A program made the position numbers and the translations under genes. Below the pieces are notes generated by a model. It saw only the letters and a list, made by a program, of their open reading frames with translations. It had not been told where the DNA came from and did not search any database. From Dimorphilus gyrociliatus (lineage: Eukaryota > Animalia > Annelida), in the NCBI GenBank assembly GCA_904063045.1, contig CAJFCJ010000005.1, positions 1,069,988 to 1,133,987 of the forward strand: a stretch of DNA of 64,000 nucleotides. The letters are read 5' to 3'. Below are positions 52,604-64,000 of this stretch, piece by piece; the stretch's first letter is position 1, and each line of letters opens with the position of its first letter.

Positions 52604-53872
52604 TTAACTTTCTTGATCTTCCGTACGAATTGATGAAAACGGCAAAGTCGTATCATCCTCCATATCTTCCGCTATACTACTACAATCTTCATCAATGCTC
52701 TGAAATTAGAATTTTATATATAGAGAGATATACTTTATAAACTAAGCCTAAGACGAAATAAAACATCATACAGTAACTGGACTTGGCACATGAAACACTC
52801 CTTTGGAACGTCCTCGTTTGTTGGAACTTTTTGCAGATTCCATTGAAAATCTCATCTTGCTAATCATCCAGTCTGGCACAGAAAACGCAGCTAATGATCT
52901 TATATCAGTTTTGTCAAGATCTCTATTAACGAGTCGATGAGGATGGGGAAGGGAATAGAGGAAATAAAGAGAAAATTAATAATCAGTAATAAATATATTG
53001 TATATGTGGAATGTATGTAAATAATTTTACTTGTATTCATCCATATCGACGATTCTGTCGACATCTTCCTGAAGAACTAAATATGCCCTTCCGCCAGTGG
53101 CGGGCATTAATTTTTGCTGATGAAGCCATACTTTATCATCCGAATCGGCGCAGTACTATTTAGAATATAATTAATATTTAACAATAAATATGTAAATTAT
53201 AAGTAGAGAAGGTGAAAAACGAGAGCGAGAGAGAGGAAGATTGATAGGAGAAAAACATTTACAAAATAGACGATGTATAATTAAGAATTTAACCTTAAAT
53301 ATATCTGGATGTTTTATGTACATTCGGCCCCTTGTTGCACCATATCCTAGAGCTTTATTAGCTTTTGCGCCCATTAAGAAGTGTGTTTCGGTCGTTAAAT
53401 TTTCCGGCTCCCACTGTGAATTTAATGAAGATATTTTTAAATAAAGAAAAGAAGAGAAAATAAAAAAAAAACTAAAATTATTATTAGATTGATTAAAGTA
53501 CTTACCAAGCGTCCTTCTCTAACGATTACTTCTTTCATCTTGTGTAACCTAAACGGAGATAGTTTATTTTGCATATTATCAGAATTAATACCGTTATTAC
53601 TACTGTTAAGAAGGCTCTGATCCGATTCATACATGACTCTAAATATGCACTATACAACTTGGGACTAGACAGATCAAATACTTTGAACTACTCCTTAGTT
53701 GTAAATACTACATTTTTAGTACTTGTACCGAGATGATTGCTTATATTTAATCCTTACAACGAGTTATATATGATTTTTCTTAGAAATAGATATTAACTTA
53801 CTTGTGAAGTAAAGGTCTGCCGACTTTCTTCTGTTAATAGTAAAAGAAAATATATATTTAAATAAATTTATA

Positions 53873-53931
<59 letters not shown>

Positions 53932-55344
53932 TATAAAGTATATTTTGAAAATGAATTATTAACCTTTTTCTTAGGAATTTTCTCTATGCTTGGAGAAGGA
54001 GAGGGAGAGACTCTCCTACTCCTCTTCTCAAAAAGTTGTTTCTTTCTTGCCCTAACTGATTTATTCTCTGATATATCTGACGTAGAGCTGTCAGATACGT
54101 CGGCAATTGTGTGGTTTTCGTCATCCTTTACTGGATATAATCTTTTTGACTGTAAAATTTTCAGAATGGTAAATATATAATGAGCAATAAAAGACAGAAA
54201 AAGTTTCATCATACATTCTCTAACAAATTCCTACAAAATGAATTCATCCATTGTTCAATTTGATCATCGGTAGCTTTTAGATTTATTTTCATATTGGCCA
54301 CAGCTAAGTTGATTATTGACTATAAAAAAAACATATGAAACAGGATTATGGGATACTTCGATAATCAATTAAATATGAATATAAGCGATTTTGTTTCTTT
54401 TTAACGTACATTTTGGAATTCTTTAACAAGTGAATTTAATTTATCATCAAATAATTTTTGAACAACAACACGAATAGCCTCGAATATTTCATCTCCGTCG
54501 GTAATAGAGCCAGCACTGCGAAATTTTAACCATTTTATTAATTCATAAATGTCTAATAATTAACAAGAGTTGTTTTTCACAAAAATAGTACCTACCTTGC
54601 CCTATTTATCGCATGTTCCTGATGTTTATTATACAAGTGGGATGACATGGTAGGAGAGGGAATGTTATTGAGTATCATTTGACGTTTATTGTAAAATTTG
54701 TACTTTTCCTTTTAGGCGTAATAGTTTGAAAGAAAAAAAAACACAAGAGTTACTTTTTTTATAGATAAAAGAAATTAAATTTTTATCAGCTCACCTCTTC
54801 AAGGGGAATATTTGCTTGATGAGATTTTTGACTATCTTTAGTCTTTTTTTTCTCGGGTTCTACTCTTTTCTCGGTCTTTTCATTTACAACTGCTGCTGTT
54901 CTCTTTGATGACGACGACGACGACTTTGAGTCATCTTTTTTCATTAATAGCGACGTCAGTAAAGGTTTATTTTGATAATTGTTACTGCTGGGAGCCTCAT
55001 GACCTTTGGCACTATCAAAAGCATCTTTTTGTGCTTGTGAGTAATTGACCTTAGGATCTACTGTCCGTCCAAAATGGTGATTTTCCGGAGTTATGTGGAT
55101 TATAGGAATTCGAGCATGAGCACCATAAGCTGGCAAAGGAGCAGATGGAACTCGATTCTCTATCGGCGTATAATAATCTAAACGTCTAGGCTCTGGAGTT
55201 ACGCTAGTTCTGTAGGGAGGAATTTGAGGAGCTGGAATGGGACGCGTCAAATCAATCGGACTGGATTGAACGGGTGCATATTGGTGCGCGGCCGGAAGGT
55301 GTGCGGCTTGAGGGTGTTGCGGAAGGAATTGTGATGCAATGAAA
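52604..55344 (-). CDS. DNTTIP1: DNTTIP1/TdIF1 (SAEG-2) MiDAC subunit; exons 55344-54795, 54708-54596, 54515-54410, 54319-54215, 54149-53964, 53830-53802, 53638-53506, 53413-53294, 53155-53031, 52922-52772, 52699-52604; start exon unresolved
   Basis: C-terminal domain WEPENLTTETHFLMGAKANKALGYGATRGRMYIKHPDIFKYCAD...GGRAYLVLQED...FSVPDWM, AT-hook-like KVGRP, and an N-terminal helical dimerisation-like region; phases compatible. Confidence 0.88.
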
Positions 55345-56423
55345 CTGAAAAGAATATTGAATAGAATCATTAAAAAAAAGAAATATACATTTGGGAAGAA
55401 CATTGTATGAAAGAATACTAATCAGTTTGATGATTATTTTTGTAAACATTAACGGTATCTGATAACAGCCACGCTAGTCATATTTTGTGACATATTTTGC
55501 GTAAAAACAATTTAAACTTGATCATATTATAAGAGACCTAATGGTGTCTATACTCTGACTAACAATACCAAATGAATTGATAAAAATCAATTAATGAAAA
55601 TGTAATCTAACAACGCGTGGGAGTTGTCAGTTACCCAGTTACGTGTTTTTAAGACAGGCAACAAAAACTAAAGTTGATTTTTGCTCGGGCAAATTCAACT
55701 GAGGGCGGATAAATTCACTAAAACTTCTTCAAAGTCTTAAGTTTTCTTCACTCAAAATAATAAGCGAGGAGTTATTAATTTAATCAACATCGCCTACTTA
55801 AAACCTTTAATAGGTTTTCTGTGCATCATTGTCTCACTTTTTCTTACGGGTAAATCAAAAGATCGTTCTATATTAAACATGTAGCCTATATAAAATTAGG
55901 GTGATTTTACTTTGTTACCTTTGGAAATTGTTAACATTACGATCCATCTCGGGTTCGTCGTAAACTTCCGGAAATTACGGTAATAGTTATCTCGTATTAG
56001 ACTGAAGATTTCTTTTTTGATATTTAAAATTTTCAATCGTTGAAATTCAATAATATTGTACAAAATGTGGTGTTGAATTCTTAGCATTATGGTAAAAGTA
56101 CGAAAATAACTCGCGTCAAATTCGAAAATCACGTGTTTCCTTATAAAAGTTTTTATACTATTTTTGCAAAATCTCTTATTTTCTCCCATATAAGCAAATA
56201 TTCATTATAGGCATTTTCCTTGGGAGTTTATAAGAGTAATAACGTGCACTAAATCTTGGTAAATTTCTCTTTAATCAAATGTTAATTTGAGTATAAGACG
56301 ACAAGAGCGTCCGCCATTGTCAAAATAAAACTAAACAGTGTACCAAATCGATTAAAATAGAAGATAGCTGAATGTTTTTCGAAATTTGATAAGTCCTAAT
56401 CGAAAGTATTAATAGATCTCGAA

Positions 56424-59400
56424 ATGCTCTCGAATAAATTGTTGAAAATTCAAAATTTTAGTCTTCCATTACGATTACAACGTAAAAATTTAACTTCCCC
56501 GTCTAACTATAATGGTGGGCTTTTATTATAAATGTTCTCCTCGCGTTCCTCGTTAATTAACGTTTTCTATCCAGGACTACTACAACTTTCAGAAGAAGTA
56601 CTTGAAGCAAAATCTAATAATAGGCCAATCGTGGCTCTAGAAAGTGCGATAATTACCCATGGAATGCCATATCCCGCTAATTTAGAGTTTGTTTTTATAA
56701 ATAATGTATAAGTTTAGTGTTTTATTTAAGTAATGCAACGTAAAAAGGACAGCGTTAAAAGTTGAGAGCAAAATAAGGCAAGCAAATTCTGTACCAGCAA
56801 CTATAGGCATTATGGATGGCAAACTTAAAGTCGGTTGGTAAACATATTAATTCTTAAATATTTAGTCATTTCGTCTTCAATAGTTAAAATTAAAAGGGCT
56901 TATAAATCCTCATCAATATTATTTAATGGTTCGTAGACAGTACCATTTTCAGATGTATTCAGAAGCGTTTGCATATCTGATTTATTTCGGTTGTTCCTGT
57001 TGCTTCTTCTCTTGAACCAGCAATCCATCAGTAAATAGGTTATAAGCATTATTGTAAAATTCAAAGCCAAATGGTAACCATACATAGCAATCATGAAGTC
57101 AACGTTACGGTGATCATCTCTGGCCCAGTATTTATTGTCATCGCTAGCTGTATTCGTTTAAAATAGAAACTTGAAAACCTATTGAAGCCTAACCCTCTTA
57201 CTTAATACTTACCAGGAAATTTTGAATGAACATCGTACAAGACAAAAGGTGTGTGTATAAACCAGGTTCCCAAAATCATAAGAAAATGTATCCTCGCACA
57301 ACTTAGGATAAAGCTTGCTTTCACATACATTTCCAAAACTAATGAAATGCTCAAGGCAATTAAGTTGAAAACAGGTAGCAAATGAATGATGTATTCAAGG
57401 GGCAATTTTCCTGTTGTATTATGAGAGATATTTATTAGCCAATGTCAATTTTTCGAGAAGTATATTCAAGGAGGTATATACCTTTCATATTTGCGTGGAA
57501 AAAAAAAGAGACGCCGTACCAAAAGACTGCAAGCGATAGTGTAGCAACACCTAAATTTTTTGGCAAGCTTTTAAAGCGATCGTAATATGTAAGTATATCG
57601 ACTATTGAATGTAAGATGAATAGTGTATAAATGGAAACATGCTGTACTTTGGCCAATCCCTTAAAATTATTATCCTTATCCAACGATACGAATCCATCCA
57701 AGAATTCAACGGTCGCTCCTGTAGGCGTTTAGAAAGTTTGTATTCAATTCATAAATATTATTATTCAAACGAACCAAATATACAAAACGACATTTTTAAG
57801 ATACTCTCCAAAGGTACAACTCTTCGGCATATTTTAGTAGGAAAGCTCGCTCCCTGCGCCTCATATTGTCTACCTTGTCTGACTGACTGGTAGGATAGGA
57901 AAGATACGATAATTTGATGTTAGGCTAAATTTTAAATTACCTCTAAATATCGACTAAATATCTTGAACATCCACCAATAAGCGAGAACTAAGAAGAAAGA
58001 GGCTTCATCAACATGACCCCAAAAGGAACCCATATTTAAAGCAGACTTTTGTTGAAAAAATAAGACAGAAATTACGTCCAAATATAAACTCTTTGACTCT
58101 AATGAGTTCAAAACTGTCTTTTAGCTTTCCTTTCTGCACGCTGTAGATATCTCCTTCGTTTGACCTACTGACGATTGATCAATATAACTTTTAGATTAGA
58201 TTATAAATATTATCAATGTTTATTGTTGTAGCTAAAACAGGACAATTGTGGCAAAAGTTGCATGGAAATATGTATAAAATTCAATACTAATACCTAGGTA
58301 GTTCAAACAACTTTAGATGAGGAAAATGCGCCTAATTCCTATTCTCGTCTTTCAATCATAATGTTACAACTGACCTATAATCCCGTTTTCTTAGACTTGT
58401 GATATTTTTTAGGATTAGCCTCTCATGAACTTGAAACTTTAGCTAAATCTTCAAATTCCGTCAAAGTATCGAGAAGAGATTTATCATACGCCTTACTTAA
58501 AGTATTATACTTTTAATACACTTAACTCTCATTAAAACTATGATGATTTTATTTCTCTTTCCTTACATAGCGACGACCTGGTGGTAGCACAGTATCAGCT
58601 AGTATAATAGCAGCAAACCTGGCGGGCATTGATGTTTTTGTTACTGGTGGAATTGGCGGAGTTCATAGAGAAGTTGAAAAATGTTTATATCTAACAATCC
58701 TCTCTTTTTTTATATTATTAAATTTTGGCAAATTCCATAGCTCTAGATATAAGTGCTGATTTAACTGAGCTGAGTAGGTCGAGAATTGCAGTTGTTTCTG
58801 CTGGAGTTAAATCAATTTTGGATATAGAAAAAACTCTTGAATTTCTTGTAAAAAAGAAAATTACTAATTAATTTTTGTAAATAGAAAATACTGTAAATCT
58901 TTTCTTGTTTGTTTGATTTAGGAGACGATGGGTGTTTTTGTGGCCACTTATCAAAAAACACAATTTCCCGCGTTTTTTACTTCAAATTCGGATTCTAAAT
59001 CACCTTATACTTTTGAATCCTCAAAGGAAGCGGCTGAGATTTTCCGTATATTCTTCTTTATTATATTAGAGTGTATTGTTCTTTTTATAAAAGCATTTTA
59101 TTAACCTTTTCCTAGATAAACAAAAAGTTTTAGGTCTTCGCAGTGGTTGCTTATTTGCGATTCCGATACCCGAGAATAATTCAATTCCTAAAGATTTCAT
59201 TGATAACGCCATTCACTCTTCCATGGATGAGATTAGGTATTTAAAAAAAGTATAAAATATCTTTTATACACTTGGTAAGTTTCTGAACAGAGAGAAAGAA
59301 ATCAAAGGAAAGGAAGTAACTCCGTTTTTACTGACAAAAGTAAAAGATTTAACAAGAGGATTATCATTAGAAGCTAGTATCCTTTTTTGGTATATTAAAT

Positions 59401-59543
59401 ATTCGTAATATTATCTTCATGATCTTTTTTTGTATCTAACAACCAAAATCCTTAACTGAATTTTTAAAGACATAGCACTAATATTAAATAACGCACAAAT
59501 TGGCGGAGAAATAGCTTGCGAATTGAAAAACCTAGAATCCTAA
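56424..59543 (+). CDS. psuG: Pseudouridine-5'-phosphate glycosidase (PsuG/IndA family); exons 56424-56481, 56575-56686, 56748-56833, 58413-58501, 58571-58682, 58741-58847, 58922-59045, 59116-59236, 59291-59376, 59470-59543
   Basis: [75 protein letters not shown]. Confidence 0.93.
56900..58033 (-). CDS. TMEM45: TMEM45-family membrane protein nested in psuG intron 3; exons 58033-57941, 57886-57775, 57718-57482, 57410-57213, 57147-56900
   Basis: MGSFWGH...FFL..WW start, QHVSIY, FFFH, EYIIHLL, GTWF and W..DDHRNVDF...H motifs; lies wholly inside intron 56834-58412. Confidence 0.85.
59377..59469 (+). other. U12-type (minor spliceosome) GT-AG intron in psuG
   Basis: 5' site GTATCCTTTT, branch TCCTTAAC at 59449-59456, AG at 59468-59469 with no real polypyrimidine tract; removal restores ANIAL. 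Confidence 0.88.
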
Positions 59544-59944
59544 AAGTGAGTAGATTCAAGATAAGAATTGAAATAAATGAATAAAAACTATTGCTAATTC
59601 TATTTATTTATTCAGATTAGGCAAAAAACATTGTGATAAATTGATTTATTTCCTGTTAGAATGATAGCTTCACTTTTTATTAAATTGTATCCATTTTGAT
59701 ACTTGAATGGATTTATGGTGGATACTCTGTTTTCTTCCTAAGAGCTTAGATTTAAAAAGTATCATTCATTTGGCCTAGTACCAAATAAAAAATAAAAAAT
59801 TTCGTTTTTCAAGTCAATCACTCTTTAAATTTATTCTGTAATTAAAAATATCAACTAAAACTATGTTTAAAGTGGCTTTGTTTACCAAACCATTGTTATC
59901 AAGTAGTAGATGCTTCAAGTTTAAAAAGAATTAGAGCCGATAAG

Positions 59945-61334
59945 CTAAGGTTTAAGAATTTCATCATCAGAATTTTCCGAAAGTAGGGGCTCTGCATCGA
60001 AAGATCTCTTTTTCTTTATGCAGGAGCACGGCATTAGAAGGCATGTTCTAAGGACAATCAATACACCAATGCATATAATAGATACAATAAAACAGGGTAA
60101 GTAATGACGCCTGGAGTGAACTATATTGCGTGCAACAGACTGTATGAAATACGGGAGACATCCTCTTTTGGAAATTATATCACTCATATTATATTGCTGA
60201 GTCACAATTCTGCGTCCATAGTTGTCATACTTTTCCTGATGATTGTATCTATCTTCTCCAAAGCACATTGTGTTCTGTTGATATTTGGAGCAAGATTCAG
60301 GTATAGTTTTCCAATCTTTATACGAGAATATTCCACAACACGGGCACTGTTCAAGTAAAGGAAAAAGTTGATTGAAAAAGCCAACTTGTAAAATTAATCA
60401 CACTTACATTTAATTGAACAGCCTCCCAAGCGTTTCTCATACTGTAGCTAGCAAAGCCATCTGTGTCGGCTACTTTCACAGAATAGCGAAGGCTATTAAT
60501 AAGTCTATTACTCTCCTGATTATAGAAATAAATAGAAAAAGTTAGTCTTCATTTTTAAAAAAGATAATGTTTTGAAATAATTTACTCTTTCTGTAATTAA
60601 ATCTGAGTCATATATATCTCTGGATTGTACCATTCCCAGTCCAGCTCCGTTAAGAACAATACAGACAACTAATAATCCAATAAACTAAAGGGTAATAAAA
60701 ACAATATCACTACATGATTGATAAAGAATATTTGCATAAATATATACTATATATAAATTGTTATAGCACTTACTGTTGCATAGTCCCTCTTTTTGAAAAA
60801 GACTACGATCATGCCAACAACTGAAACTGAAAGGGTTAAAATTCCGCAAGACAAAAATAAATAATCGGCCACTGTCCAATGGATAAAAACTGATCTGTCC
60901 AATAAATCATACCAACATTTTCGATTGTAATAATTGCCAACTTGCGCAGAATATCTGAAAATTGCATTTTGTTTTTATTCTCCAAATATATTAATATATA
61001 AACTTGAGCAGAATTTGTTGAAAACTAACCTGCAACCGTGTGATCTACTAGGTGTTTGATCGAATTTCATCAAACCCAAAGAAATCAGAATTGCTATTCC
61101 GAATACGGCGCCCAAGATGTTTAGGAACATAACTACTCCATATTTTACTTTTTTCCCATCAAGTGACGGTGTTTTCAAACATCCCATTGATGGAGCCTGT
61201 GTCATCTCTTTAGGATGTTGTTTTAAATTTCTTGTTTGTAGACTACATCGTAGACCGCAAACGTCCAAAACACAAAGAAGCCTTTGAAATCCATTAGGAT
61301 CCTTTTCCATCTCTGCCTCAGTGTTTGTGTCCAT
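59945..61334 (-). CDS. Tetraspanin-like protein, 364 aa; exons 61334-61030, 60954-60774, 60684-60586, 60515-60408, 60346-59945
   Basis: Four hydrophobic segments; large loop with CCG, DW, PESC and GC motifs (CPCCGIFSYKDWKTIPESC...GCL); phases compatible. Confidence 0.85.
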
Positions 61335-62195
61335 ATTAGCTCTCTTCAAATAAGTTCTAATTCCACGCGTACCAATTTAAGTAGTTCGTGAATCTACTTA
61401 AATATGAAAACCATAGTAGTGACATCTGTATAATATTATTTGCTTTTTGTATTCAGTTGTCTTGATTTAACCTTATACAACAATATACTTAAAAAATATA
61501 TGTAACATTTTTGTCTGAATATAATGTAATGTAAGCCTATTTATAGCAAAAGGACCTCCTTTTTAAGATTTTAGAGATGTCGCAATAGAGTAAAGTTTTA
61601 CGAAATAGTAATGTGACTCATACTCGTTGTTTACGAAGTACGTGTACATATTTCAAGTTTTGAAAAGCTAACTAATTCAATAGGTGTCTTTATTGAGTAA
61701 ATAGAAGAATCTATCACACTTAATCCCGCCTTGTGAAGATATTTGTTAAAAACGAAATAAAAACAAAGATTTCATTCTTTTCCTTCCGTTTTCTTCAACT
61801 TGAAAGTTGAAATTCTTAAACATTCGTTCGATCATAATTACTTATGAAACAAAATTTTCATTGGAGTTGAATTCAAAATATTTTGAATAGGCTTAGAGAA
61901 AATCAATGTTTCTTAATGATTGGACCATGCGTCTCTTAAAAAGTTTAAACAGGTTTTCCATAAAATTCTTGCTAGATAATAAATCTTTCGCATTTGTCAC
62001 TTAAAAAATATAGATTATTGAAAATTAACTATCTTTGCCGCTCAAGGTGATCGTTTGAACAACATTAGTCTTTTTATAAACTTACAATATCATCAATTCA
62101 CTACTTTTACTGTCTTTCCCGTATTTAGACAGTACTCAGTCCAAAGATTCACATGAATGTAATATCGCTCATTGCTACCAAATAAATTTTAGAGG

Positions 62196-64000
62196 ATGTT
62201 CTCCCGCAAATGTCATAAAATCTTGTTAAATTTTGCTACAAATTCAAAATTTAATAGGAAAATTTCAATTTCCAGTAAACGTTTATTTTTTATAGTTATA
62301 TAAATAGTTTACAAATACTAGAGAACACATATAGATATTATATTGTAGATACTATATCCATAATATAAATATTCTACACTATTTAGTTTCTGGACAAAAG
62401 TCAAACGGGAGAATTTATCCATCTTTCAGCTCAAAGTCTTTAGCTAACTTTTTAGCGAAAAAGTAAGAAAGGATAATTATAAAATAGATTAAAAAATTGT
62501 CCACTGAATTATTAAAGAACAGGTAATTTTTCAACAAACAACACCAATGAAATTACCAAAAAAGCAGTAAGGTTCTATGTCAAGTTCTTTTTGAAGCTTA
62601 AATTAAAAGAGATCAACGTATTTTGCAGATTGTAATCGGCGGAACAAACGTCGATTTCACTGCAGTCTTTGGAACATCTAACGTCAAAGTAATACTTATT
62701 AAACAAAGAATTTTTAATTATTTAATCAACTTGATCACTAGGAAGATGGCGCTACATATCCAGGTACTGTTAGATATAACTTTGGTGGAGTTGGAAGAAA
62801 CTTAGCTGATTGCTTGACGCGACTGAATGCCAATATACAATTTATATCCGCCATCGGAAATGACTATTTTGGCGAGAGCATTTACAATAAATGTAATCAC
62901 ATGGTAAGAATGAAAAATGCCAATATAAGCTCATTAAATTCATAGTTCATTTTCCATGTTATTATCTATCGTGTTTCAAAAAGAACTTTGACAGCATTCT
63001 GAGGTCAGAAACAAATCGAACAGCAACCTATTGTGGTGTATGTAAAAGCGATGGAGAGGTTTTGAATGGTATTGGTGATTTCGATATTCACCAGATAATC
63101 ACTCCAGATTACGTAATTATAAGAGAATTATAGAAGAAATTGCAGAATAATTGTCTAATATACTGTTCTTTATTCCATAGTTGCAAACCTTTGAAACAGA
63201 ATTAAAAGAAGCTAGTTTGGTGTTTGTTGATGGCAATATTCCAAAAGAATCAATATCGTATATATGCAACGTTTGTCAAAAAGCAAATACTCCTGGTTTG
63301 TCATTGAATAACTTATGATCTTTATAGTTCTTTCATAGAATATATCTCATTTCAAAAAGTTTGGTTTGAACCAACCGATTTGAATTTGGCTTATAAAGGA
63401 TTGAATTGCAATTTTACTTATACGTCACCAAATTTGGATGAATTGAGGGCCATGTCTCCAAGTCCGCAACCTTTAGGTAGTTAATTTAATTTTATCTGTT
63501 GATGAATATTTTTTTTTATCTATCTTCTGAATAGGGAAGTTATTTAAAAAAGACAATGTTAATCTGGCCGCATCACTGGGGAATAATTTGTTAAACTCCA
63601 TTCCAAATATATTAATAACTTTAGGAAAACATGGTGTTCTGCTTTGTCAAAGAAATGAGGTAGTTGTAAAAATTTCGAATGTAGCTGAGCAATCTCTCCT
63701 ATAATTAAATAGGTATCATTCAACAAAAGAACATTTAGGTACTTTCCGGTTAAAGAGTGTACAAACGTTGAAAATGTTCTAGGAGCGGGAGATTGGTAAA
63801 TAAATAGATAAGCCTAATCTCAAGTAATTTTTAATTAACGATTTCAGTTTGGCTGCAACGTTTGCCTATCATCATATTTTACAAGATATGGACGTAATAA
63901 GTTCAATGCAATTGGGGTTATTGGCTGCTCAAATATCGTTGACGTCCATAGAGGCTGTTTCAGCAAGTATAGTTAATATCAATTTAGAGAAATCTAAGGC
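62196..64000 (+). CDS. PfkB/ribokinase-family pseudouridine kinase, 3'-partial; exons 62196-62274, 62523-62566, 62629-62688, 62742-62903, 62984-63112, 63181-63295, 63360-63476, 63535-63659, 63713-63795, 63848-end
   Basis: IVIGGTNVD, FGGVGRNLA, SAIGND, VDGN, WFEPT, SPNLDEL, ITLGKHG and the anion-hole GAGD. The first two exons (basic leader MFSRKCHKILL...) are inferred. Confidence 0.88.

Noticed and set aside
1-64000. Transposons, CRISPR arrays, rRNA or tRNA genes
   Set aside because: I saw no transposase or RT ORFs, long terminal or inverted repeats, spaced repeat arrays or rRNA/tRNA signatures.

Overview
Eukaryotic (animal) nuclear DNA, very AT-rich and gene-dense, mostly with 45-100 nt GT-AG introns. 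It looks like a compact invertebrate genome, probably lophotrochozoan; a miniaturised annelid such as Dimorphilus is a guess only. I spliced 15 protein-coding loci by hand: a 5'-partial protein with two degenerate forkhead-like domains, a class C GPCR, a very divergent 3-exon FGF head-to-head with a MICU2/3 gene, a C2H2 zinc-finger gene, MPV17, EF1A, MRPS14, nocturnin, TM9SF1, a Compass/Dve-SATB homeobox locus, DNTTIP1, pseudouridine-5'-phosphate glycosidase (TMEM45 nested in one intron, one U12-type intron), a tetraspanin and a 3'-partial PfkB pseudouridine kinase. Best leads: (1) one set of ULD exons can splice in frame either to a Dve-type module (diverged CUTL + 2 homeodomains) or to a second SATB-like CUTL + homeodomain module downstream; (2) the FGF-MICU head-to-head pair mirrors vertebrate FGF20-MICU3 and FGF9-MICU2; (3) the usually fused glycosidase-kinase is split into two neighbouring genes, one base from an in-frame fusion; (4) a dense TAATCC (K50) site cluster lies upstream of the K50 homeobox gene; (5) three parallel phase-0 cassette exons sit in MICU. 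I found no rRNA, tRNA, CRISPR array or recognisable transposon. All exon models and family calls are manual, from recalled family motifs, and unverified by transcripts or searches.
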